DNA of 64,000 bases from Gammaproteobacteria bacterium (GTDB lineage Bacteria > Pseudomonadota > Gammaproteobacteria > Eutrophobiales > Eutrophobiaceae), in assembly GCA_965215365.1 (NCBI GenBank), contig CBDCDS010000003.1, positions 448,001 through 512,000 of the forward strand. The letters run 5' to 3'. The notes under the pieces were generated by a model. It saw nothing but the letters and a program-made list of their open reading frames with translations, searched no databases and was not told where the DNA came from. Made by a program: the position numbers and the translations under genes. Below, one piece after another: positions 48,157 to 59,249 of the stretch; within the stretch, counting starts at the first letter, position 1; every line of letters begins with the position of its first letter.

Positions 48157-49062
48157 AAAGGCAATCTCAGACATCAGGCGACTTTTACAGGTCACGACAT
48201 ATTCCGGCTTGGCTTCAAAGCCTATGTATCGCCTACCAAGCTTTTTAGCTGCCACAAGCGTTGACCCACTCCCGGCAAACGGGTCCAAAACGAGGTGCCC
48301 GGAACGTGTTGTCAGTTCGATCAGTGCTTGCATCAGGCGAACTGATTTTTGGGTTGGATGTTGTCCGCCTTCGCGCTTATCCAGTCCGCACCGGATTATA
48401 TTTTCAGGCTCCTCAACATATCTCAAATAGGCATTTTCGTTGTACGCGCCGACACCATGCTTGAGCGCATTGTCAGCGATTGTTGTCCCGATTTTGTACG
48501 GCTTGGTAAACCACAGGATAGGCTCATAAGTAGGGCGCAAGTTACCCACTTTCCACCCCTGCCATTGTTCAGCTGATTCCGTATCGCCGCGCCGGGAATA
48601 GACAACACTTATCCGTTGCGCCCTATGTGCCGCGCGATCCCGTATCCAGGCAAGATTATCTTTCAGGTTAAATCCGGCATCTTCCATTGCGCAGATGCAG
48701 CGATGAGCCAGTCGCCTTCCGGCAAACACCAACACATTCGCACCAGGCGTCAATACACGGAACCAGTCTGGCGCCCATTGAGAACACCAATCCTGGTATT
48801 GCTTCGGAATATCCCTGTCAGCCTTAGACCACCCATTAATGGGCTTCCCGCGCCGCTTGAATACTGCCCCCGTGGTTTTCTGCGCCGGACTGGAACCAAG
48901 ATAAGCCGAGTTGGTATTTTCATGCAGAACATCCCAATCATCTGAGCCGATGCCGTAGGGAATATCACTCAATATCAGGTGGACAGATTCACTATCAACT
49001 TGCTCAATCAGTTTCAGGGAGTCACCCTGATAGATATTGTTATCTGCTAAAGTTGAATACAC
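48154..49062 (-). CDS. Beta-class DNA amino-methyltransferase (M.HindIII-like)
   Basis: ILSDIPYG, NSAYLGSSPAQ, HPTQK, VLDPFAGSGST. Confidence 0.9.
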   Translation of the reverse strand: MYSTLADNNIYQGDSLKLIEQVDSESVHLILSDIPYGIGSDDWDVLHENTNSAYLGSSPAQKTTGAVFKRRGKPINGWSKADRDIPKQYQDWCSQWAPDWFRVLTPGANVLVFAGRRLAHRCICAMEDAGFNLKDNLAWIRDRAAHRAQRISVVYSRRGDTESAEQWQGWKVGNLRPTYEPILWFTKPYKIGTTIADNALKHGVGAYNENAYLRYVEEPENIIRCGLDKREGGQHPTQKSVRLMQALIELTTRSGHLVLDPFAGSGSTLVAAKKLGRRYIGFEAKPEYVVTCKSRLMSEIAF

Positions 49063-49212
49063 TGCGGCTCTGCTTCCTTTGGTTTCAATAATCGGGTAAC
49101 TATCCGCTCAAACGACCGCGCACCTCTTTTTCAGATATCCTTCTCTCTCAGGTTGCAGCCGGATACTTGTAATGCTCATATTTGCCTCCAGTAAATTTGC
49201 TCTGTACTTGCA

Positions 49213-50344
49213 TGTCCGGGTTCAGAAACAAGTGAGACTCTTTAGATAAAGAAATCGGGTAGTCTGTGTGTGAATTAATCTCAACTAATTGACACAGGAG
49301 GACTACCCGATGCAGATCAAAAGCCTGCGGGTGAAATCATATCGCAGTTGGCGCGTCGATGATACTACCGATGCTGACGCGCGCGGTCGTTTGAAGCAGT
49401 TGGAATTGGTTGCGACGTTACGCGAGGATGGGTGTGGTGAGGCGACGGCACTGGCAGCAGTAGGTTGGTCGAGGGCGACCTACTACCGTTGGTTGAAGCG
49501 GTATCGTGAACATGGGCTGAAGGGTCTGGGGTGTGGCTCTCGTGCGCCGCGGCGGCGGCGTGTGCCGCAATGGACGCGCCAGCACGAGCAGCAGGTCTTG
49601 CACCTTCGCCAACGTTATCCGTTATGGGGTAAGCGTAAGCTCTGGCGGGTGGGGGTGCGCGAGCAGGGCTGGACTTTGAGCGAGAGTACGGTCGGGCGCA
49701 TCGTGGCGAAGCTGGTGCGGCTGGGTCGGGTCAAGCCGGTGGCGTTTTACTATGGCCGGGTGAAGCCTAAGCGCCGCCGGGCGTTTACCCATCATGCCAA
49801 GCGCTGGCGCTACGGGATGAAGGCTAAGGCGCCAGGGGAGTTGATGCAGATAGACCACATGAGTGTCGGCTTCACGGACGGCATCACGGTGAAGGAGTTC
49901 AAGGCCGTCTGTCCGGTGAGCAAATGGAGTGCGCTGCGAGCCTACAGTCGGGCCACCAGTGGCAATGCCCGGCGCTTCTTAAAAGCGCTGCTCGGTGAGG
50001 CGCCGTTTCCCATCCGTTCTATCCAGGTCGATGGCGGCTCGGAGTTCCGAGATGAGTTCGAGCAGGCTTGCCAGGACTTAGGAATCCCCCTGTACGTGCT
50101 GCCCCCGAAAAAACCCGAATACAACGGCTGTGTAGAACGCGCCAACGCCACCAGCCGCTATGAGTTCTATCCGTTCTACGAGGGTCCACTGACCGTGGCC
50201 GCCATCAACCGCAAACTGGCAGAGTATCAGCAATACTACAATACCTACCGCCCGCATAACGGTATTGGTTTATTAACCCCAATGGAGTATTATCAACAAC
50301 TCACACAGCCTGCCTCTGAGTCTCATATGTATTGAACCTGGACA
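49213..50344 (+). mobile_element. IS481-family insertion sequence
   Basis: TGT...ACA ends, imperfect IRs TGTCCGGGTTCA..TGAGACTC / GAGTCTCA..TGAACCTGGACA. Confidence 0.88.
49310..50335 (+). CDS. IS481-family DDE transposase
   Basis: HTH SRATYYRW, QIDH, QVDGGSEF, NGCVERAN, YNTYRPH. Confidence 0.92.
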   Translation: MQIKSLRVKSYRSWRVDDTTDADARGRLKQLELVATLREDGCGEATALAAVGWSRATYYRWLKRYREHGLKGLGCGSRAPRRRRVPQWTRQHEQQVLHLRQRYPLWGKRKLWRVGVREQGWTLSESTVGRIVAKLVRLGRVKPVAFYYGRVKPKRRRAFTHHAKRWRYGMKAKAPGELMQIDHMSVGFTDGITVKEFKAVCPVSKWSALRAYSRATSGNARRFLKALLGEAPFPIRSIQVDGGSEFRDEFEQACQDLGIPLYVLPPKKPEYNGCVERANATSRYEFYPFYEGPLTVAAINRKLAEYQQYYNTYRPHNGIGLLTPMEYYQQLTQPASESHMY

Positions 50345-50475
50345 GGGGGCTTGTAATTATGATAATACGCTGCTATGATTGTTATTACCGCTGAGTTCCT
50401 CAGTGGGCTCTGCTGGTTGCGAACGCCAATAGGCGTTGTATCCGGCAGGTGAAAGCTCTTATGGAGGGCATAACA

Positions 50476-51093
50476 ATGATCGACAACTTCAGTTTTTTGA
50501 ACCCGGTCGTCCCGCAACTGGCCGACCTTCAAGCCTCGAATGAGGACAACACAGGTGTTGCTCCGGCCGACTCGAATGGTTTATTTGAGTTATTCTCCGG
50601 TGAGAAAATAACGGCAGAGCTTCTGGGTAGAGAAGCCACCCTGCAATTCACTTCCGCCAACAGGGTGGACTTTACCGATGACGGCAACACAGTATCGGGA
50701 AGCTATACCTTTGAGAAGACCGAAGGGGGTACGGCAGCATTGGAGCTGCACCTCGACAATGGCGACAGCTACAACATTAACCTCAAGTTCACCTCGGCCA
50801 CCAGCGTGAGCGTTGAGTTCCCCTTTATTGACGGGTTGGCGCCGGCGCCGACAGTCACTGACATTAAGGGCGACTTTCCGGCCTCGGACACCGATTCTGC
50901 TGTCCTGTACCTGGGGAGTTTGAGCGATGATGGCAGCTTGAATGTTGAAGGTGATGCTATGCCGGAAGAACTTGATGTCTACGGGTACGACGTGCGCGCT
51001 GAATCGTCGGATGCTGACTATTCGCCCGCTATCAACCTGTCGGATTTCAGCGAGTTCAACCTGGATCATGCAGATTTTATGTTTTTAGCTTGA
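50476..51093 (+). CDS. Acidic hypothetical protein
   Basis: ORF with GGAGG upstream, D/E-rich, no family recognised. Confidence 0.55.
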   Translation: MIDNFSFLNPVVPQLADLQASNEDNTGVAPADSNGLFELFSGEKITAELLGREATLQFTSANRVDFTDDGNTVSGSYTFEKTEGGTAALELHLDNGDSYNINLKFTSATSVSVEFPFIDGLAPAPTVTDIKGDFPASDTDSAVLYLGSLSDDGSLNVEGDAMPEELDVYGYDVRAESSDADYSPAINLSDFSEFNLDHADFMFLA

Positions 51094-51270
51094 AGCTGAA
51101 AGGCACCTCTGAACCTTGCATGAGCAGGGCGCCCTGCCGCACAGTGTGTACATTGAGACACGCCTGGGCGGCGGGGTGATTATGTATCAAAGTGCCATAG
51201 CTCTGTTTCTTCCCCATCCCTCCCCGTTCGTGTTATAACTACAGTTCTTCTCCAAAACGCGAGTCGCTCA

Positions 51271-52047
51271 ATGCAACACCTGACTGCTGATGATATTCTG
51301 GCAGATCTGGAATACTTCCCCAGGACGATGTGCCTGCCGTTGCGTTATAACAATCTGGGCAGTCCTTATGTGGCTTTTGCTGCCCGTCCGGAAGTCGTTG
51401 ATGCTTTGGTCAAACACCCTGTAATCAATGCTTTTCGGCGGGTGGTGCTGGATCCGGTGCGGGGTTTTATTCTACTGATGGCGCCCAGCGCTGAGCATGA
51501 ATCGCTGGCGGTGCATATTTCTGATGTAGTGCGCATTGCGGCCTCGGTGCTGAATCTGGATAGCGAAGATCTGCGGGCTACGCGCTGGCGGCGGCGAGGT
51601 GATCAGGAAAATACCGGCATAGAACCGGATTCGTGTTTTTACTTAGGCGACAATGCGGTGAATTATCTCAATGCCATAGATAAAGGCCAGAGTGAGGAGT
51701 TTATCGATGTGCATCCTCCGGATCTGGTTGTAGAGGTCACCGTCAGTCACTTTGATAACGAAAAGCAGGTGGCTTATCAGGAGCGGGGCGTACCCGAATA
51801 CTGGCAGATAAAGGCACAACGAAATGCTCTCCCGGAAGTTGATTTTATCGACCTTCAGACAAACAACAGCCCCAGGCTGTTATCAACGTCCAAGGCGCTA
51901 CCGGGGTTGACGGTGGCGGCTGTGCAAGACTGCTTGCAAGCAAGGCGTCGGGCGCGGCCCAGGGATTATGCTTTGGCTATTCGGCAGGCCTTGTCTGAAC
52001 ACGGCACCGTCCCGGTCCGCAGAGACGGTCAGGATACCCCTCAATAA
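51271..52047 (+). CDS. Uma2-family (DUF820) endonuclease
   Basis: MAPSAEHE, EPDSCFY, PPDLVVEV, YQERGVPEYW. Confidence 0.88.
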   Translation: MQHLTADDILADLEYFPRTMCLPLRYNNLGSPYVAFAARPEVVDALVKHPVINAFRRVVLDPVRGFILLMAPSAEHESLAVHISDVVRIAASVLNLDSEDLRATRWRRRGDQENTGIEPDSCFYLGDNAVNYLNAIDKGQSEEFIDVHPPDLVVEVTVSHFDNEKQVAYQERGVPEYWQIKAQRNALPEVDFIDLQTNNSPRLLSTSKALPGLTVAAVQDCLQARRRARPRDYALAIRQALSEHGTVPVRRDGQDTPQ

Positions 52048-52074
52048 CGGATATAAAAACCATCGAAACGCTAC

Positions 52075-52133
52075 TTATTGAGAACAATCATGTTTCACGA
52101 GGCAACAAGCGACTTGGTGAGATATGCAGGTTA
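52075..52133. mobile_element. MITE family A end (inverted)
   Basis: TTATTGAGAACAATCATGTTTCACGAGGCAACAAGCGACTTGGTGAGATATGCAGGTTA. Confidence 0.7.
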
Positions 52134-52172
52134 GAGGTGACCGTGCAGCACATCCCTGTGCTGCCCCACTGC

Positions 52173-52343
52173 TCAGGTAGAAGACTTGGCTGTCGATATG
52201 CCCGGCCGACATGGGTTGCGCTTGCCCTTGCGTTGCTTTTGTTGGTAATAGCGGCCTATCGCTTTGACATCATAATCAAAGCGTGACGCCGTCCGGTCTC
52301 GTATTTCCCGAACTTCTTCAACGATTGGATCTTTCCACGTCAT
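52173..52343 (-). CDS. Small putative antitoxin (56 aa, not in the ORF track)
   Basis: MTWKDPIVEEVREIRD...FDYDVKAI. ATGA overlap with the upstream PIN remnant. Confidence 0.6.
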   Translation of the reverse strand: MTWKDPIVEEVREIRDRTASRFDYDVKAIGRYYQQKQRKGKRNPCRPGISTAKSST

Positions 52344-52585
52344 ACGCAAACGTCGAGGAACCGGATACCCTCCAATGCAGTCAGCCGTGCAGCAGCGGCA
52401 TCCGGAGCACCTTGCGAAACCTCGTCCTTGACGACTTCAGAGGCAAATAATTCAAAGTGGCCCCGACGCGTCTCCCACCAATCACGGGTAATCACCTGAT
52501 GTCCTGCTGTGACAATATCCCGGCTCGGTCGGTTGGTCAGGTAGCTGATAAAACTTGTTTCCAGGTACACGCTGTTCTTAACCAT
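52340..52585 (-). pseudogene. Truncated PIN/VapC toxin
   Basis: VYLETSFISYLT.RPSRD...TRDWW. Only 81 aa, second half of the PIN domain absent. Confidence 0.75.
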
Positions 52586-52673
52586 GTACCATTATACCGC
52601 TTTTGGAAAACACAGCCCCTTTCAATTCCATCCGGTTCAATTCTCCGGTGAGAAAATAACGGCAGAGGTTCCC

Positions 52674-53627
52674 TCAACACTGTATCAGGGTCAGCAAGGC
52701 GGCCATATCTTCGGCCAGGGGCGCTTCCAGCGCCAGGGGGTGATCGCTCACGGGATGCCGCAATTCGAGCCGCAAAGCGTGCAGCGCCTGTCTGGGAAAC
52801 GCGGCAAGCGCCTCCCTGATCTCTGCGGCGGCGTTTTTTGCAAAGCGCTTCCTGCCGCCGTACACCGGGTCGCCGACCACAGGATGACCTAGGTGCGCCA
52901 GATGTACCCGGATCTGGTGCGTGCGTCCCGTTTCCAGCTTTATCCGCAGGTCGGTGCAGGTGGGGAATTTACCGACGATGCGGTAATGGGTTGTTGCCGG
53001 TTTGCCCCTGTCGGTGACGGCCATGCGCGTGCGCAGGGTCGGGTGCCGACCTAATGGTGCCTCAACCGTACCGCCGCTGATCAGCGTTCCATGCACCAGC
53101 GCCCGATATTCCCGGGTGACCTTGCGCTCGTGCAGGTCGCGCACCAGCCTGGTATGCGCCGCCGGGGTCTTCGCCACCACCATAATCCCGGAAGTATCCT
53201 TGTCCAGCCGGTGCACGATGCCGGCCCGAGGCACTTTTGCCAGCGGCGGCGCGTGGTGCAGCAAGGCATTGACCAGGGTGCCGTCCGGGTTGCCGGCGCC
53301 AGGGTGCACCACCAGGCCCGGCGCTTTGTTGAGTACCAGAATGGCCTCATCCTCGAAGATGATGTCAATGGGGATGGCCTGCTCAACCCAGTTTTCATGC
53401 CGATCATCCAGGGTCGCCTTGACCTCAATCAACTGCCCGGCGCCGACGCGCTCCTTCTGCCTGAGCCCGACACCGTCCACACTGACAAAACCATCCCTGA
53501 TCCAGCCCTGCAACCGCGCGCGCGAATGGCGCGGACACAACAACGCCAGCGCCTGGTCCAACCGCTTGCCATGATGCTGCTCTGGCACAATTACCGAAAA
53601 AATTTCCTGTCGATTGCAGTTATCCAT
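52674..53627 (-). CDS. rluD: 23S rRNA pseudouridine synthase RluD
   Basis: S4 domain, GIVHRLDKDTSG, LETGRTHQIRVH. Confidence 0.95.
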   Translation of the reverse strand: MDNCNRQEIFSVIVPEQHHGKRLDQALALLCPRHSRARLQGWIRDGFVSVDGVGLRQKERVGAGQLIEVKATLDDRHENWVEQAIPIDIIFEDEAILVLNKAPGLVVHPGAGNPDGTLVNALLHHAPPLAKVPRAGIVHRLDKDTSGIMVVAKTPAAHTRLVRDLHERKVTREYRALVHGTLISGGTVEAPLGRHPTLRTRMAVTDRGKPATTHYRIVGKFPTCTDLRIKLETGRTHQIRVHLAHLGHPVVGDPVYGGRKRFAKNAAAEIREALAAFPRQALHALRLELRHPVSDHPLALEAPLAEDMAALLTLIQC

Positions 53628-53696
53628 AAAAATTCTGTGTTAGTCTGTACCCTCTGTGTTGTGGGGCAGCTCTGAACAGTAGCGGCTCCTTGTGTT

Positions 53697-54806
53697 TTGT
53701 TCGTGAGCAGTATCGTGAAATTCCTTATCCAGTCTGTTGTCCTCGGTTTGGCCGGTGCGTTGGTTTTATTGTACCTGTTTCCCGGCTTGTATTCGGCGCG
53801 GTGGGGCGATGGGTCCGGGGAGGGTGTTGCTTCCTACAGTGACGCGGTAGCGGCAGTGGCGCCGGCGGTGGTGAATGTGTATGCCACCCACATCCACCGG
53901 CAGACGCTGCATCCGTTGTTTCGCGACCCCTTGTTCCGGCGGTTTTTCGGGCCGGTCCGGCCGAGTGAACGGCGTGAAAGTAATCTCGGCTCCGGCGTGA
54001 TTATGGACGAGCGGGGCTACCTGCTCACCAATGCCCATGTCATCAACAACGCCGATGAGATTCTCATTACCTTGTATGACGGGCGCCAATCACGTGCACA
54101 GGTGGTGGGGATGGACGCGGAAACCGACCTTGCCGTCCTGAAAACGGATTTGGACAACCTCCATATCGCACCGCATGGCGATTCCAGCAGGATAAGAGTG
54201 GGAGACGTGGTGCTGGCCATAGGCAATCCCTATGATTTCGGCCAGACGGTTACCCAGGGCATTATCAGCGCCAAGGGGCGTAACCGGGTAGGCATCACCA
54301 CATTTGAGAATTTCATCCAGACCGACGCCGATATCAACCCCGGCAACTCCGGCGGCGCGCTGGTGTCAGCGGCGGGGGAGCTGCTCGGCATCAATACTGC
54401 GATCATTTCCAACAGCGGCGGCTCGCAGGGCATCGGCCTGACCATACCGGTAGAACTGGCCCTGGACGTGATGCGCCAAATCCTGGAACACGGGCAGGTG
54501 ATCCGCGGCTGGATCGGCATCGAAGCGCAGATTATCCCGCAGGACGTCATTGATGCCATGAGCCTGGACCAGGGCGGGGTGCTGATCGTGGCAGTGCTGA
54601 ACAGAAGTCCTGCCGACCATGCCGGGATGGTACCCGGCGACCTCCTGCTCAGTATCGACGACCAACCCCTGTACAACCCGCAATATGCCATCAACCTGAT
54701 CTCACAGATAGCGCCGGGCGCTACCATCAAGGCCGAAATCCTGCGCGGCTGGAAAAAAGATACAGTCACCCTGCAGGTCGCCGAGCGCCCCTCCTTCAGG
54801 CGCTGA
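53697..54806 (+). CDS. degS: HtrA/DegS-family serine protease with one PDZ domain
   Basis: LGSGV, LTNAHV, INPGNSGGAL, N-terminal anchor, convergent with hisD. Confidence 0.85.
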   Translation: MFVSSIVKFLIQSVVLGLAGALVLLYLFPGLYSARWGDGSGEGVASYSDAVAAVAPAVVNVYATHIHRQTLHPLFRDPLFRRFFGPVRPSERRESNLGSGVIMDERGYLLTNAHVINNADEILITLYDGRQSRAQVVGMDAETDLAVLKTDLDNLHIAPHGDSSRIRVGDVVLAIGNPYDFGQTVTQGIISAKGRNRVGITTFENFIQTDADINPGNSGGALVSAAGELLGINTAIISNSGGSQGIGLTIPVELALDVMRQILEHGQVIRGWIGIEAQIIPQDVIDAMSLDQGGVLIVAVLNRSPADHAGMVPGDLLLSIDDQPLYNPQYAINLISQIAPGATIKAEILRGWKKDTVTLQVAERPSFRR

Positions 54807-54811
54807 ATTGT

Positions 54812-56113
54812 TCATATTTTTTTGCCGCGCAGCGCCGCGGCGCCGGCGTGAGCCGTCAGCCCTTCCGCGTCGGCCAGTATCCTGGCAGTTTCAGCCAGAC
54901 GGGCGGCGGAAGCAGGGGTGCATTCGATCAGGGAGCTGCGCTTCTGGAAATCATAGACTCCCAGTGGGGATGAAAACCGCGCCGTTCTGCCGGTGGGCAG
55001 GACATGGTTCGGTCCGGCGCAATAATCACCCAGCGCTTCGGCGGCATGATGCCCGAGGAAGATGGCGCCGGCATGGCGAATGTCGGTAAGATAATCGTGC
55101 GGGTTTGCCACCGCGAGTTCCAGATGTTCCGGCGCCAGCCGGTTGACCAGGTCACAGACCTGCGCCGGGTCTGCGGCCAGGATCATGGCGCCGTTGCGCT
55201 GCAATGCCGTGCGGATGATGCCGGCGCGTGCCATGCCGTCCAGGTGGCGGTTGATGGCGGCTGCCACTCTGGTAGGCAGGGCCGGGTCGGTGGTGATCAG
55301 AATGGCGCGGGCGTCCTCATCGTGTTCGGCCTGGGCGAATAAGTCCATGGCGATCCAGTCCGGGTCGGCACTGTTATCGGCCACCACCACCACTTCGGAG
55401 GGGCCGGCGATCAGGTCTATGCCGACCGCGCCGAACACTAGGCGTTTGGCCGCAGCCACATAGCGGTTGCCCGGCCCGACGATCTTGTCAACGGCAGGCA
55501 CCGGCGCCGCGCCGTAGGCCAGCGCCGCCACCGCTTGCGCGCCGCCGATGGAGAAGAACCGATCGACCCCGGCGATGCGCGCCGCCGCCAGCAGCGCCGG
55601 GTTGAGGCGGTTGTCCGGGGCCGGGGCTACCATAATGATTTCCCCGACGCCGGCGACCCGGGCCGGTAGCGCATTCATCAATACAGACGAGGGATACGCC
55701 GCCTTGCCGCCAGGCACGTAAATGCCCACCCGCTCCAGGGGCGTGACGCGTTGCCCCAGGGTGGAGCCGTCCTGGTCCTGGTAGCTCCAGGACTGGCTGA
55801 TTTGATGCCGGTGATAAGCGCGGATGCGCGCTGCGGCGTCCTCCAGCGCGCCGCGCAGGTCAGGCGCCAGGGTTGCCAGGGCCTGTTCCAGCTGCGCTGC
55901 CGTTACCTCCAGATCGTTCGCGCCGACACTGCGCCGATCGAAACGGTTGGTATATTCCACCAGGGCGGCAATGCCGTTTTCCCTGACGTCGTGGAGGATG
56001 GCCGAGACCGTCTCCGTCAGCGCCGGATCGAGGACCTCACTGCCGGCCAGCAGTTGCGAGAAGCGGCCCTCAAAGTCAGGCTCGGCAGCCGACAGTCTGG
56101 TCATGTCGATCAT
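54812..56113 (-). CDS. hisD: Histidinol dehydrogenase
   Basis: GIYVPGGKAAYPSS, AGPSE, QAEHD, GPNHVLPT. Confidence 0.96.
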   Translation of the reverse strand: MIDMTRLSAAEPDFEGRFSQLLAGSEVLDPALTETVSAILHDVRENGIAALVEYTNRFDRRSVGANDLEVTAAQLEQALATLAPDLRGALEDAAARIRAYHRHQISQSWSYQDQDGSTLGQRVTPLERVGIYVPGGKAAYPSSVLMNALPARVAGVGEIIMVAPAPDNRLNPALLAAARIAGVDRFFSIGGAQAVAALAYGAAPVPAVDKIVGPGNRYVAAAKRLVFGAVGIDLIAGPSEVVVVADNSADPDWIAMDLFAQAEHDEDARAILITTDPALPTRVAAAINRHLDGMARAGIIRTALQRNGAMILAADPAQVCDLVNRLAPEHLELAVANPHDYLTDIRHAGAIFLGHHAAEALGDYCAGPNHVLPTGRTARFSSPLGVYDFQKRSSLIECTPASAARLAETARILADAEGLTAHAGAAALRGKKI

Positions 56114-56207
56114 GCGTCTGACCTGGCCGGATCGGAACTGAAAGCAATCTCTGAAAATGCCCCCCATGGCACATAAGCAGAGACGGAAAATGAAAAGGTA
56201 TGATTTT

Positions 56208-56840
56208 TCATTCCCGGATGGCCTCCGCCAGACGGTTGATGAACGGCTTGATCTGTTTCCGCTTCATCTTCATGGAGGCCTTGTTCACGATCAGGCGAGA
56301 ACTGATGGCGGCGATGTTCGCCAACGGCGCCAGACCATTTTCTTTTAAGGTATTGCCGGTATCGACCAGATCGACGATCAGGTCTGCCAGGCCCAGTACC
56401 GGCGCCAGTTCCATGGAGCCGTACAGCTTGATGATCTCCACCTGTTGTCCTTTCTCGGCAAAATAGTTGCGCGTGGTGGTAACGTACTTGGTGGCGACGC
56501 GCAACCGGCCCGCCGGCGCCGGGGCGTTGTTGCGGCCGGCCAGCATCAGGCGGCAGCGGCCTATGTTCAAATCCAGCGGCTCGTACAGGTTGTCGCTGAC
56601 ACATTCCAGCAGTACATCCTTGCCGGCAATGCCGAGGTCGGCGCCGCCGTTGAGCACGTAGGTCGGCACGTCGGTGGCCCGGATCACGAGCAGTCGTATC
56701 CCGGCCTGATTGGTTTCGAGCACCAGTTTACGGGTGGCGCCGGGCTCATCCAGCGGTTGCACGCCAGCGCGCGCCAGCAGCGGCAGCGCCTCCGCCAGGA
56801 TGCGCCCCTTGGATACCGCAAGGGTCATGCCGTCTTTCAT
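56208..56840 (-). CDS. hisG: ATP phosphoribosyltransferase (short form)
   Basis: [30 protein letters not shown]. Confidence 0.96.
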   Translation of the reverse strand: MKDGMTLAVSKGRILAEALPLLARAGVQPLDEPGATRKLVLETNQAGIRLLVIRATDVPTYVLNGGADLGIAGKDVLLECVSDNLYEPLDLNIGRCRLMLAGRNNAPAPAGRLRVATKYVTTTRNYFAEKGQQVEIIKLYGSMELAPVLGLADLIVDLVDTGNTLKENGLAPLANIAAISSRLIVNKASMKMKRKQIKPFINRLAEAIRE

Positions 56841-56854
56841 AACACCGGGTTGCC

Positions 56855-58141
<1,287 letters not shown>

Positions 58142-58213
58142 TCATGCTGGCGCCGGCCGGAATCGAGTAGATAGAAAAACCCTCTGTAATGAAAGAGCGC
58201 CAAGATATGCGGG

Positions 58214-58468
58214 CTAGGCTATGACCCGCAGTTCGCTCTTTTTCTGCCATTCTTCCGGTGTCAAGGTCTGTATCGACAGCGCGTGTATGTCGGTTCCCAT
58301 CTTGTCGCCTAAGGCCTTATACACCAGTTGGTGTTGCTGCACCATATTTTTTCCGGCAAACACCTCACTGACTATGACTGCGGTAAAGTGGGTGCCGTCA
58401 CCGTCCACTTCGACCTCACAGTGCGGGACGCCAGCCTTAATCAGGTTGGCAATAGCTTCGATCTGCAT
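58214..58468 (-). CDS. BolA/IbaG family protein
   Basis: GDGTHF, HQLVY, IHALS, upstream of murA. Confidence 0.9.
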   Translation of the reverse strand: MQIEAIANLIKAGVPHCEVEVDGDGTHFTAVIVSEVFAGKNMVQQHQLVYKALGDKMGTDIHALSIQTLTPEEWQKKSELRVIA

Positions 58469-58488
58469 AACGTACTCTGCCGGGCGGC

Positions 58489-59121
58489 TCAGCGTTCGTC
58501 AGCCAATAACGACTGTTCCAGCTTGTCGTTCTTGTCCACGAGTTTCTGTATCAGGGTTTCCAGACCGTTATTGCGAATCTCCGAGGCGAATGATTTGCGG
58601 TAGGTCTCAACCAGACTGATTCCTTCAAAGGCGACATTCACTACCTTCCAGCCGTCACCATTGTTGTGCATGGTGTAATGGACCGGCGTAACGCCGCCAT
58701 CTGAGACGATCTCGGTCTTCACCATCACGATATTGGGTTTGGACCCGGTCAGTGTTTCCAGGTAGTTGACCTGCTCGTTGGAAAATCCCAGCACGGCCTT
58801 GGCGTAGGTGCGCACCAGCAGGTTTTGGAATTCAGTGGTAAAGACTGTGCGTTGTTCGGCGCTGGCCTCCTTCCAGTACTTGCCCAGGATCCACCGCGAC
58901 ATGTTGTTGAAATCGAACACGGGCAGGATCAGGTCATTGATCAGCTCATACACCGTCTCCGGTTGCGCGTCCAGCATTTCCCGTTCCGCGGTGATACGCG
59001 CAATCACGGTATCCACCGTAGTGAGGATGACGTCTTCCGGTTTGTCAGGTTCCTGTGCCTGCGGCGCCATGGTCAGTGTCGGCAGCAGGAACACCGCTAA
59101 AAGGCAAAGTTTCCGTTTCAT
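58489..59121 (-). CDS. mlaC: Phospholipid-binding protein MlaC/Ttg2D
   Basis: FDF..MSRWILGKYW, LLVRTYA, WKVVNV..EGISLV. Confidence 0.88.
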   Translation of the reverse strand: MKRKLCLLAVFLLPTLTMAPQAQEPDKPEDVILTTVDTVIARITAEREMLDAQPETVYELINDLILPVFDFNNMSRWILGKYWKEASAEQRTVFTTEFQNLLVRTYAKAVLGFSNEQVNYLETLTGSKPNIVMVKTEIVSDGGVTPVHYTMHNNGDGWKVVNVAFEGISLVETYRKSFASEIRNNGLETLIQKLVDKNDKLEQSLLADER

Positions 59122-59249
59122 GATCTGGTATCTCCGAATTTAATGGGTCGGTAACGTAACCCCGTATTATATTTGAACCTGGTAATTGAGAAAGGGTTAA
59201 TTTGAAAAAGTTCAGTAGTTCTCGTTGACCCCACTTGTTCATATGCGAG

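Noticed and set aside
49310-49365. Transposase N-terminus MQIKSLRVKSYRSW resembling the start of an ABC/OLD ATPase
   Set aside because: It is too short, has no Walker A motif and lies inside the IS ends, so a fusion cannot be supported.
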